Source: Neoechinorhynchus agilis
Lineage: Eukaryota > Animalia > Acanthocephala
Assembly (NCBI GenBank): GCA_051530055.1
Contig: CM121341.1
Span: 18,950,784-19,014,783 of the forward strand
DNA: 64,000 bases
Direction of reading: 5' to 3'
In this document: piece by piece, positions 1-10,259 of the stretch
How positions within the stretch are numbered: the first letter of the stretch is position 1
Layout of the letters: each line of letters starts with the position of its first letter
Program-made: the position numbers and the translations under genes
Notes under the pieces: model-generated
Database searches by the model: none
What the model was told of the DNA's origin: nothing
The model's input: only the letters and a program-made list of their open reading frames with translations

Positions 1-516
1 TGTGATGTTTTTTAGAATAGTGCGCATTCGAAATTTAACGTCATTCTGATTCCCTCGAGAAATAAATTGAATCCCGCAAAGACAACACAAAATTCCGAAA
101 GGTCCCGTAAGGTAAAAGAGGGATTTCTTCATAAGTACCGTGCAATTTAACGGCCATAAATTAGCCATCGTAATGAAGTCGATTCCTGACTGATGATTGG
201 CCACAACCACGAACGATCCAGTGTCTGATCTTCGCAGTACGTCTAAGCCTTTCTTTGATCCTATTACTTTAACTCGCAATCCAAAAAACAGTCCATAGAA
301 ACCACAAAGCATCGTGCATACCATATCGATGTTTCGTGGATCACCGATTTTATTTAGACAAGGCAAAATCAATATCGGAGAAACGATGCCAGTAAATAAA
401 AGATAATACGAGATCTTAATATAGTACATAACAATCGAGCGCCGACGACTGAAATGACAAATACGACCGATAATTAACACCAATACAAGAAAATGTGCGA
501 ATATGCAAATGAACAT
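1..516 (-). CDS. AGPAT1/2: 1-acyl-sn-glycerol-3-phosphate acyltransferase (AGPAT1/2-like), 3'-truncated by window edge
   Basis: Not in ORF track. Hand translation from ATG at 516 is open for 172 codons to base 1: hydrophobic N-terminus, then GSFVVVANHQSGIDFITMANLWPLNCTVLMKKSL...GILCCLCGIQFISRG (NHQSxxD motif I and FIxR motif II of LPAATs). Confidence 0.9.
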   Translation of the reverse strand, partial: MFICIFAHFLVLVLIIGRICHFSRRRSIVMYYIKISYYLLFTGIVSPILILPCLNKIGDPRNIDMVCTMLCGFYGLFFGLRVKVIGSKKGLDVLRRSDTGSFVVVANHQSGIDFITMANLWPLNCTVLMKKSLFYLTGPFGILCCLCGIQFISRGNQNDVKFRMRTILKNIT

Positions 517-580
517 AATCTAAAAATAAATTGAAGACTTAAAAATGAAGTAAATATTCAATTATTTTTGCTTTTTATAC

Positions 581-611
581 ACGGGTTCGAACGCGCTACC
601 ATCGAACCCGT
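581..611. repeat. Small hairpin with perfect 10-bp stem (ACGGGTTCGA/TCGAACCCGT), related to the B-box segment of the SINE-like element at ~21020
   Basis: acgggttcgaacgcgctacca resembles acgggttcgaatccgctaccg (minus strand 21013-21035). Confidence 0.5.
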
Positions 612-1539
612 TTCCCACATTATATTTATAAAATGTTCTTGCAAGAGCGAACTTAGAGCAAAAATAACGCAAGCTGCTTGAGAATAGCGCAATCTTTTGT
701 AAGTGTTAAATGGTTTCCGTTAGGATGTCGCAGACGTGAGATAGAAACGATTAAATGGAAGCGATAAGGACTGACGAAACACAGGTACATTGGAAGATCG
801 ATAATCCAATTTCGAAACTTTTCGACCTGAGCTGCCATGTTCCAAAAACATTTAAAAGTTTTAACAACAAGCGCACGCCTCGAGCGGTGTTGAGGAGGTT
901 CAACCACTAAGGGTTGTGGAGATTGTCTACTTCAGATCAATGATTATCAAGACACTATAAAGTAGTAAAGGTTATCCTATTGATCCGTAAGACATGGAAT
1001 GGCCCAATAGTACTGTCTTCAAAATGTTCAAAACAGCCTCGAAAATATATTATCGAATCCATATTACTAACTTTTTGCTTCATAATTTCGGTTATTAAAA
1101 TTTTAAAATATAGGAAAGTACAAAATGATCATTTAGAATCAATTTTTACTGGACGTTAATTATTTACTTTTGTACACTTTCCAATCTGAAAATTGTATTT
1201 ATGGTTTATCCCAAGTAGACTTTCAAGAATTATAGGGTGGTAATTCCAAAACTGATTTTTTCATCTAACGGTAGCCTCGAAAAATTGTAATGCCAACTGA
1301 AACACATCTTAGTCAGTCACGTTTTCAAGGGCGCATCAACGTGCTTTAAATAAAAATCTTCTTACATTCCAATAGTTTATTTAAATGTATGAAAATCGAT
1401 CATTAACTTTGGTAAGCTACTTGCAAGAGAGTACAGAATGCCTATGAACCATGAAACATGTACAATCCGTAATACTTTGGAATGGCTGCATCGTTTCGTA
1501 AAACGACGATCAAATCTATTCGTATTTCATTGAGTGATA

Positions 1540-2560
1540 GTGACAACAACCTAATTTCGATCGATAAAGGCGTAGAAATGATCATGATGGAGGAATTACT
1601 GCAAAGTCGGACTACATATATATATGATGGAATCAAAGGAGGATTGCGAATTGAGGCGTAGGAAGTTGAATAGCATCTTTCGTGAAGTGATGGCAGCAAG
1701 AGATTTAAAAGGAATGAGATGTCAATGGTCAAAACGAAAACAAGATGCCGGTCGGTGCGGTAACATTGACAGCAGCGTCTTTGCTTAAATGCAGACGAAT
1801 TATTTCGGTAATCAATGAACCTGCGTACCGATTATCTCGCTTTCTGGTGACGGCACTGAGCCAACCGCATCAGAGAACGAGTTCAAATTCGCGGAATGTG
1901 GAGGGCTCACTTAATTTTCTGAATGCTCGATGCAATGACTTAAGTGGTAGCCAAGCTGTCTTTTGATTTTGTCTCGCTTTATACGAAAGTCGACAATAAG
2001 GGAGCGGTACGAGCATTCGATAAGCAGTTGAATGAGAACAACGGGGACCTAAACCTATTCGGAATGGTACCGGCGGGCGTGATTCGACTTACTAGAATGG
2101 TTTTAGAGTGCAGCATCTTTCGGTATAGCGACCGACTTTATAGACAGATCCGTGGACTGTCAATAGAAAGCAGCTTTGCTCCCGTCTTGGCAATGTTTTT
2201 TCTCGATGATTTGGAAAAGAACGTCGGGACAGATTTATCTCCGCTATATGGATGATTTGCGAGAGGAGGTTGAATTCTATGGAACATACTGGAGCGGTAA
2301 AGGTGACGCGATACATGATCGGATTATCTGCCGTTCCTCAATTTGTGTTTCACAGTTAAACAGGTCACTGATTCCAGTTGGCACCGCAAACTGTGCCATA
2401 AACGCATAGTTATGCATCGAGATTCCCATAATTCTTGGGTAATGAAGCAGACAAGCGCTGGTTTGCTCATCGCAATTAACGGATATACGATTAGCGATTA
2501 ATAGAGCGAACGAAATTTTCGTTGATAATGGATATGCACATAACGAGATATTAATAACAC
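1540..2560 (+). mobile_element. Penelope-like element RT, frameshifted relic
   Basis: Fragments DNNLISIDKG, RRIISVINEPAYRLSRFL, LSFDFVSLYTKV, YRQIRGLSIESSFAPVLA, YLRYMDD, IFVDNGY match PLE RT motifs. Confidence 0.85.
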
Positions 2561-2569
2561 GTTTTATTA

Positions 2570-2755
2570 TTAAAAAGAAGAGCCATATACCTCGGACTCG
2601 AGTTCTGATAGATTAAACGAATGTGAATGTTGATTATAAAGTGGATTACAGGTCCGGTCGAATGGGAAAGTTGTGGTTATTGTTCGTGGAGGAGTTCCTA
2701 GGTTGGCTATTTCCTCCGGTTCATTTCGGGCTATGATATCCGAGAAGATTGGGCA
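2570..2755 (-). mobile_element. 5'-truncated 3' tail of the L2/CR1-like LINE family
   Basis: gcccaatcttctcggatatcat... is shared with 14330-14530 (-) and 44875-45060 (+). Confidence 0.65.
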
Positions 2756-2809
2756 TGCCGCCTCCACCACCGACGACACCGATGCTGCCTCAAGTATTTA
2801 TAAATGGTT

Positions 2810-3160
2810 ATTCTTTATCTAATTTAAGCAATTTAACCTTGGATTTCTGAAAGGCTTTATCTGCGTCGATGAAAAGAAATAAGAACGAAAGGAATTATTG
2901 TTTAGGTCTTCATGATTTTTAATTTAAGACGTTTCGAACCTCGTCGGGTTCATCATGGGTTTGTTAGTTATTAGAAGACGCTTTCGATACGCTTTTAATA
3001 AAAATCATTTACCGGGTGAAGACCTAAACAATAATTCCTTTCGTTCTTAATTCTTTTCATCGATGCAGATAAAGCCTTTGAGAAATCAAAGGTTAAAATG
3101 CTTAAATCAAACGACTATCGGCTGAAGCACCCATAAAAATGCTTAAATCAGATAAAGAAT
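2810..3160. mobile_element. Fold-back/MITE-like element (~100-bp terminal inverted arms) with a 40-bp insertion near its right end; second copy at 35124-35433
   Basis: attctttatct-atttaagc...tttaggtcttca recurs inverted at 3017-3160; centre has hammerhead-like TGATGA-ACC..GGTT-CGAAACGTC on the minus strand. Confidence 0.75.
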
Positions 3161-3812
3161 GGGTTTCGAATCCTCTCTAGCAAAATGAAGGGTCGAAGCA
3201 ACGATTTACACGTTCCAACAGACTGAGTTATTCGGCCTCTTAAACTAGGACGATCCACTTTTCGTTTTTCTTCGACGATTAGAAACTTCACGCTATTCAA
3301 TAAAGGCCCACAAGCTATCCTGCAAACAATATCCGCCAATCCCCTACACAAATGACAACCTCCAACCGGATATTCCCATTAAAAAGGACATTCCCGACTG
3401 GATTATCCCACCCGACCGTACCCGTAATCCATTCAAAAATCAACAACCGCGTGTATAACCATAAAATATTGAGTTTAACATTTTTTAAAAGTATTTAAAT
3501 TTTACATTTTTTGTTTGCATTTTTGCGTGCCATTTTTCATTTTGCCCTTCTAATTCAGTAATTTCACCAGCGCAGACAAAGCAGACCAATTGAATTGCAA
3601 TGTATTTCCCTGGTCCTTTTTCTTCAGCAAACCGAGCCTTAAACCTATCGATTTTTTAACCGATTAATCGCGATTCTCGTATATTTTTCAATAGATACCC
3701 TATACTTCTTTAAAAAAATCCTTTTATTTTTAACCCATAAATGAAGTCCTCTGTGGAAATACGAACAATTAAAACTTCCTCATTTAAATCGAATAAAAAT
3801 TATTTGCCCCTT

Positions 3813-5189
3813 TTAGTTCGGCTTCCTTCGCTTAGGAGAACTATGTTTTTTAACCTTTGAGCACGTTTCTTCAACTCTTTCTCTCTTTATTGGGGTATCA
3901 GAGTCTTCCTTGAAATGAAATTTTGTCTTTTTAAATATCCATGATGTGTTCATTTGCGCTCCTTGATATTCCTGGCTTTGATCGATATTGTCGCATACTC
4001 TCATGTCGATCTTATTTTCCTCGTGATATTCGGAATAAACTGAAAGATGCTCCATTGTCACAAATTCATGCTTCATCCCTCTACGCGGCTTTAGACGTAG
4101 ATGAGGATTTTTCTCTAGGAGTTTCTTTATGAAATCAACAAAAGACCCTCGATCGATAACTTCTACTTCTTCCATTGACTCGTCGTTGCTAAGGTGACTC
4201 TTTTGAAGTTCATCTAATGACCGAAGTTCAGAAAACTGTTTTCGCTGAGTAGCGAAATCTTCAGATTTTTTGTCAATGCGTACATTCTTTAATCGATATT
4301 GATAGCTTCGGGAATTTGTCCCAGTTTTATCATAGAAAAGTTCCGTTCTTGTGCCTCTTGACAGTAATTGTCTTGGAAGCTCCCCTTGCATTGCTGTAAT
4401 ATTGTTAAGTTGTTCAAGTTCGGAAGATGCAGCATAGATGTGAGTACCCAAAAATAGTCTGACCAATACCAGTCCAAGGCTCCACACATCAATGGCTTCG
4501 AAAAACGGATAGCCAATCAAAACTTCTGGTGCTCTGTAATAGAGGTTCTGAACGCAGTGAAAATCAATGTTTTTCTGGTTTTTGGTGAATGCAACTCCAA
4601 AATCGATCAATTTTACTCGATAAGGCTGCCGAATGGGATTTACAAGCATTATGTTATCCATCTTTATATCTGCATGGACAATTCCTAGTTGATTTAACTT
4701 TTTAAGTGCCACCAAACATTGCTGAGCAATCGGTCTAATCGATCTTAAAGAAAGACGCAAAATGCCCGATTCCTTCAGATGTTTATACAAATCAACGCCA
4801 AGTAACTCGAAGGCAATCATTGTGTGACCATTATGCCTAAAAGCATCGAAAACCTTTACAATGTTGAATTGGTTAGATGCTTTTTGTAATTCAAGCTTCC
4901 TCAAAATCGCTATCTCCTCATCTCCATCGGCGGTGTAGGATTGTCCATAGTGAAGTACTTTCAATGCAACACATTTCCCAGATTCCACTTGAATGCTTCG
5001 AAACACTCGACCAAACGTGCCTTTACCGATGTATCGCCCTAATCGATAAGTAAATCGAGTTGATTTGGCGATAGGCTCAGCAATTTTAACGTTATTCTTT
5101 AAAGCATCATCATCTATAATATTTGCTTCAATGCCAGCGTGGTTTTTGCCACAAATTGAACACTGCTGCACGACTGGTGTCGTTTCCAT
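3813..5189 (-). CDS. HIPK: HIPK-family (DYRK/CMGC) kinase, intronless, kinase domain plus short basic tail; copy 1
   Basis: IGKGTFG, VALK, HADIKMDNIMLVNPIRQPYRVKLIDFG, YYRAPE, EAIDVWSLG align with HIPK2 [27 protein letters not shown] / YYRAPE / EAIDMWSLG. First ATG at 5189 (track start is TTG). Confidence 0.9.
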   Translation of the reverse strand: METTPVVQQCSICGKNHAGIEANIIDDDALKNNVKIAEPIAKSTRFTYRLGRYIGKGTFGRVFRSIQVESGKCVALKVLHYGQSYTADGDEEIAILRKLELQKASNQFNIVKVFDAFRHNGHTMIAFELLGVDLYKHLKESGILRLSLRSIRPIAQQCLVALKKLNQLGIVHADIKMDNIMLVNPIRQPYRVKLIDFGVAFTKNQKNIDFHCVQNLYYRAPEVLIGYPFFEAIDVWSLGLVLVRLFLGTHIYAASSELEQLNNITAMQGELPRQLLSRGTRTELFYDKTGTNSRSYQYRLKNVRIDKKSEDFATQRKQFSELRSLDELQKSHLSNDESMEEVEVIDRGSFVDFIKKLLEKNPHLRLKPRRGMKHEFVTMEHLSVYSEYHEENKIDMRVCDNIDQSQEYQGAQMNTSWIFKKTKFHFKEDSDTPIKRERVEETCSKVKKHSSPKRRKPN

Positions 5190-5851
5190 GATTTGAACTT
5201 GCAACCGAATTTAAGTAATATTTACGTTTTCTTTTGACAATTGGTCGTTTTTATAGTTTTACGATTTTGGTTAAATTAACCTTATTCGTTGCTGTCAGTG
5301 ATGAACGAAATCTGGTGCTACTCGTAAATCACACCACAATCGTTTCATTCAGTAAAACAATCGGTGCTAAGTACCAGTTTTTATCGATTATGTTTTTGTA
5401 AATAAAGTGATGTAATAAAATTACTGGTTTCAATAAATTGCGAATAATCGATGTAAAAGAATACTCAATAATTAAGAATTAATTTGAGCGATAACGCACC
5501 AAATGGTTTTTGACGATTGTTTGAAAGATGAGACAAAGAATTGCCATTGCTTAAAATTTGAAATTTCGCTCATGACTCATGGAAATGCATAGCCCGATTA
5601 CTTCAAGTATTTAATATCGTTCCAAAATCTGTAAATGGCTGTACTTAGCATTTTCACAGCATTTTCCAATTTCTAAGAGAAGGATTGATTCCTTGGCGTC
5701 TTTATGGATCAAGTCAACAAATTATATATACTTTTTTCATCGTCCTGAGGTTGGCAGTTCGCAACTTGGCCGATAATGCTGTCGGAATAAATATTATTTC
5801 AATCCAACCTAGGACCTTCGCTCATGAGCAATACATTTCTGCTTTTTTTGC

Positions 5852-7230
5852 AACGGGCAAACCGATTCATCGAGCAGTCGTTAAGGCTCCAATTCATATA
5901 CGAAATGATTTGACGATATGTAGGTCATTCTTCCAATCAATGAAGGTTCGATTCTTTGCTAATCAGATTTCATCACATGACGAATACGTACTTCCACGTT
6001 GCAACATTTGCCCTAAAAATTGGGTCACTGGGAGCAAAATTGTCCCTCAAAAAAGACGATATGTGCTTTTTGTGCGCGAACTGCGGTCAGAAACGGCACT
6101 GCGCGTTTGTCAAAACATGCGCGACTGCCAACTCAACGTCATCTACCGTCGTTAAAGAAGATACGCAGCGTACATCTTCCACACTCATCAGATCGCCAGT
6201 TACTTTGACTGCTCTTGCTCTTCAGTCTGTTGTAGGAAAAGATACTCTTGACTATCTGGATAAAAACTCCAGGATTTTTCCGCAAACATTCTCAATTTGG
6301 TGGATATGAGGATTACGGCAGCCATTCAAGGCATCGAAGAAAGACTCTTCTAATTTCGAGGCACTTATGAGTTCAATTACAAATACCATATCCCCCAGGC
6401 AAGCTCCATAACTCTGCCTGCGAAATCTTCGCCAGCTAAACGAGGTCATCAACACTCCTCCTTGCAGGATGATCCTCGGAACAAATCCAACAATGTAGAA
6501 GCTTATGTAAAACAAGTGATTGATGAGCAGAAGCAGATTTGCGCCGAAGATGTTCACAATCCCATCCAAAGTAGCCTATTGCAATGAGTCTCAGGCTGGT
6601 GCAATGGAACGCAGGAGGCTCAGCGGGGTTTAGGCGCCTGAATTCTCAGATTACCAGTTTTGACATCTGCTTTATCCAAGAGACCAAATCTCTAGTCTTC
6701 GAATAACCTTCCGGGGTAATATTCAGTTTTTATTGAAAGATCATTCTTGTTTTATTACGCCACCCTATTCGAATTCCTCTCAGGGACTGCTATCCATATT
6801 TCGCACATCTATAAACGCCATTTGTCTCTCAAAATACACGTCTCTCAGTCTTTCATACGCAATCTTCTCCTTAAAAATTCAACGGAAACTTCGCCTGTAA
6901 TGTCTATATCAGACCTCCGAAAATACATTTGACAGAAACCAAAAACTGTCTGAAGAACATTCTAAATTCAGAAATAGACTTCATTTTTGGTGATTCCAGT
7001 GACCCTCCAAAAAATGGATAAATGCAGTGATTCGAGCTTGCGACTCACATGAAATCCTGTCCCCGAATTTTCCCACCTTCCAATCTTCTTCGGCATCTTC
7101 ATATTTAGATCTCTGCCAGTGGAGGAAAGGTTGCCAACTCAAACCTCTAGCCATTACTCAGGATGCCCTTTTCCGACGAGCTGGACATGATATGATTGGT
7201 TGGAATCTCGAGCGGAACCAACTGTTAAAC
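5852..7230 (+). mobile_element. APE-type LINE relic: ORF1 zinc knuckle and start of ORF2 endonuclease
   Basis: LPRCNIC..GHWEQNCPSKKTICAFC (CCHC, frameshifted); ORF1 end QICAEDVHNPI; SLRLVQWNAGG..ICFIQETK at 6590; PTF..SYLDLCQWRK at ~7070. Same family as 31283-32296. Confidence 0.8.
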
Positions 7231-7254
7231 AGGAAATCTAAAAAATGGTAGGTT

Positions 7255-7350
7255 GACCGAAATCGGTGGACTGTGTGTCCATTCGACCGTGTATGGAAAA
7301 AAATTTTATCAAAAGACTACCGGCTGAGCCACATATAAAAATTCTAAAAA
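7255..7350 (+). mobile_element. 3' segment of a short dispersed element (SINE-like tail)
   Basis: aaatcggtggactgtgtgt-cattc...aaagactaccgg-tgagccac-..ataaaa is shared with 21218-21318. Confidence 0.7.
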
Positions 7351-7799
7351 AATGGTGTTCCTTAACGTTCAATTATTTAATATGGCGCTCAGGTTTTCCT
7401 TAACGCAAAATACTTTCGCCTCCCTCACTGATATTAATCAATTTTTAATCAAATAAAGTAGTGACTTTCTTACATCTGTGGTAAGAACGAGAACTGACTC
7501 CGATTCTCCTAGATTACTCTCCTTGACAACCCTGTTGATGCCAAAATCTGGGCAAATCTCTACTGGCCATGTTGGACCTGTTTTCAACTTTCCAAGGACA
7601 GCAGAAAAATTAAGGCACTACTACCTAACTCTAGTCAGCTATGGAAAATTGTATATCGGCGAATATCGGCGAAAATTTGTTGTCCTTTATCATCAATGGA
7701 CAGTCTCGTCAACGATAACGAAGAAACTTTACGAAATCTTCGTTCCAAACATCCGAGTGACGGCGATCGGCAGTATTTCGTGAAATCCTCCTCCTTCGA

Positions 7800-8687
7800 T
7801 GCGTTCCTTATGTTTTATCATTGAAATCGGAAGTGAAGATGGCGATCGCCTCTTTTGCTAACGAGTCAGCTCACGGGCTTGACAGGCTGCGGCCGCAACA
7901 CCTAGAAGATATGACTTCCTTTTCAGTAGGTGACGCTGCCTAGTCCGTCGAATATGCATTGGCATGCCTAGTCGACCAATTTGCAGGGGGAGAGTTGAAT
8001 CTGAAAGCAATTGAGTTATTTTTCGGTGCATCCTTGTGTGTCCTGGCAAAAAAGGAATATGGGATTCGTCCCATTGCAATTGGAACAACTCCGCACCGCT
8101 TAACAGCAAGATGTTTAAACAAAAGGATCGCTGAAAAAGTAGGGATGCAGCTTCGCCAAACTCAGTTAGGCTGCTGTACACCTAGCGGCGCTTATGCGAT
8201 CGTTCATTAACTCCGTACGTTCATCATCGGAAACTCAAAGCCGTGCGTGATCTTGAAATGTGATTTCAAAAATGCATTCAACACAGTTAACCGAGCAGAT
8301 TTGCTCGAAGTAGCTAGAGATCACGCACCAGAAGCACTTCGCTATTTCGTTAATGCCTATGGGACTTCTACTCCCGTGTTGTTCAATGACCTCTTTTTTT
8401 GGTCAGAAAGTGAAGTTCAACAAGGGGATCCTTTGGGCCCAATAGCTTTCTCACTCGCGGTCAATCCCATCGCGCACTCTCTCCAGTCCAGCTTTAACGG
8501 CTGGTACCTGGACGATGCCACGTTCGGGAGTAACCCCTCCGTAGTACTGCACGATTTGGAGACACTTGTGAAGGAGACGATAAAAATTGGCATTGAATTG
8601 AATGTTGCGAAATGCCAGATTTTAGTGATGAACGTGGAAGATGAGGCGTCCAGGCAAACTATCGTGAAAGATTTTCAGAACCTGTTT
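7800..8687 (+). mobile_element. CRE-clade-like non-LTR retrotransposon RT relic
   Basis: FFGASLCVLAKKEYGIRPIAIG, QLGCCTPSG, DFKNAFN, VQQGDPLGP, WYLDD; in-frame stops. Confidence 0.9.
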
Positions 8688-10250
8688 CTCGATGAGTATC
8701 AGCTTCCGAAAATCGATCAAACATTTAATCGAATCACAGCTAACCGACATTTCAGTCAACTATATCTTCAGGAGGCCTATTACCTAGTACCAAATTCACC
8801 TGAGGAACGAAAATACACGGCCTTCGAGGCATGCGATTAATTGTATAGGTTCACAAGAAATCCGATGGGAATAAACAACGGAGTAGCACGTTTCAGAGTT
8901 TCTTAAATCACCTAATCGATTCAAGCTACTTAAAAGAAACTTGTTCATATTTGGATGATATCATAGTGCTTGGCAAAACGAAGATGAAGCAAGATATTAA
9001 CGTGACCCGATTTAAGCAAGTGGCATTATTGACCGGCCTTAAACTCAACAATGAGAAAAGCAAATTTGGAATGGAAAAGATATCTGCACTCGGATATGAG
9101 ATCGGACACTGGCAGTTAAAATCCGACCCGAACCTCCAAAAGCCACTGATGGATGTGCCTATTCCTACTAATAAGGAAGCGCTTCGGCGACTTCTAGGTT
9201 TTTTTACTATAGTCGCTGGATATCCCAGTATTCCACAAAAATTGCACCTTTGACGCAAGTTACTATGTTTCCTCTCAAAAACGATGCCATCACAACGATC
9301 GTCCGTACTGACCATCATTGATGAAATCAAAGAATTCACGCTGAAAACCGACGCATCGACGAATGTTATTGGTGCTACTCTTTTGCAAGTCTTTAAGCCC
9401 GTTGCGAGAAAAGAATTACCACATCGTTGAAAAAGAGGCTTACGCACTGTTTGATGCAGTCAAATATTGGCGCTGATTTTGACCATAATACCGTTGGTTA
9501 TTATTACTGACCAGAAATCTGTATCGTTCTTGATGAACCAGAACCACTAGAAGAAAATCATAAGCGAAAGGATATTACGGTGACGAGAATTGCTGTGTAG
9601 ATGTCATGTCTCGTGATGTTTGCGCTTCCATGACAACTCCAAACAAACTGCTTCTCCAAACGCACTCCGACCTCGGCCATCCGGGCATCACTAGGTTCAT
9701 ACACTTAGCGAAGCAAAACAACCTACCGTATACGATTGAAGAAATACGGCAAGTATGTTCCAAATGCCAAACGTGTTGCCGCTTCGAAAGACGAGTACCT
9801 CTAATATCTTCACTGCCTACTTGGATTACTAACAGCGCGACAGCATACCTAAAAAACATGTCACTGCGATCGAAATACGATGATAAGGTACCCGAGGTCG
9901 AGATTATTGAGGGGAACGAAAAATATGCGACAATTAAACACTCGAACGGTCGCCAAGAAATTGTCTCTAGTTGAAGACTGGCTCACTTACAGACTAACCA
10001 ATGACTTAAGTCCTACAGTAGTTGCGGAACCTATGGAGGAAACTGAAGATCGGTCCAAAAAATCAGCGACCGATGGCGTTGAACCATCGACATATCGAGC
10101 GCATTATGAACGCGCACACCACACGGCCACTGGGCCCCTTGCGTAGTTCGTGTTCGTAACTAGTGTATATACTTAACTGCGCAAATAATTTTGTGTTTGA
10201 ATTTAAACCCTAGTTATTATTATTATTATTATTATTTCACGCCTCATACA
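8688..10250 (+). mobile_element. Ty3/Gypsy relic: RT, RNase H, integrase Zn-finger and C-terminus; integrase core appears deleted
   Basis: LDEYQLPKID..KYTAFEA, YLDDII, LRRLLGFF, TLKTDAS, EKEAYAL, HSDLGHPGITR..CSKCQTC, SKYDDKVPEVEIIEGNEKYATIKHSNGRQE; ends in (TTA)n...cctcatacaaca. Confidence 0.85.
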
Positions 10251-10259
10251 ACATACACA

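Larger units (their letters stand above)
2795..5851. repeat. Left arm of ~3-kb inverted segmental duplication (partner 32468-35448)
   Basis: Reverse-complement match followed by eye from tatttataaatgg (2795/35448) to ctgctttttt(t)gc (5851/32468); scattered SNPs, two ~37-40 bp indels and a few 1-2 bp indels. Confidence 0.97.

Noticed and set aside
653-907. 84-aa ORF and the opposite-strand short frame
   Set aside because: No recognisable motif in either; cannot be supported.
7233-7357. TSD around the short element (ctaaaaaatggt twice)
   Set aside because: Part of the repeat belongs to the element's own A-rich end as seen at 21310, so a true TSD is not established.
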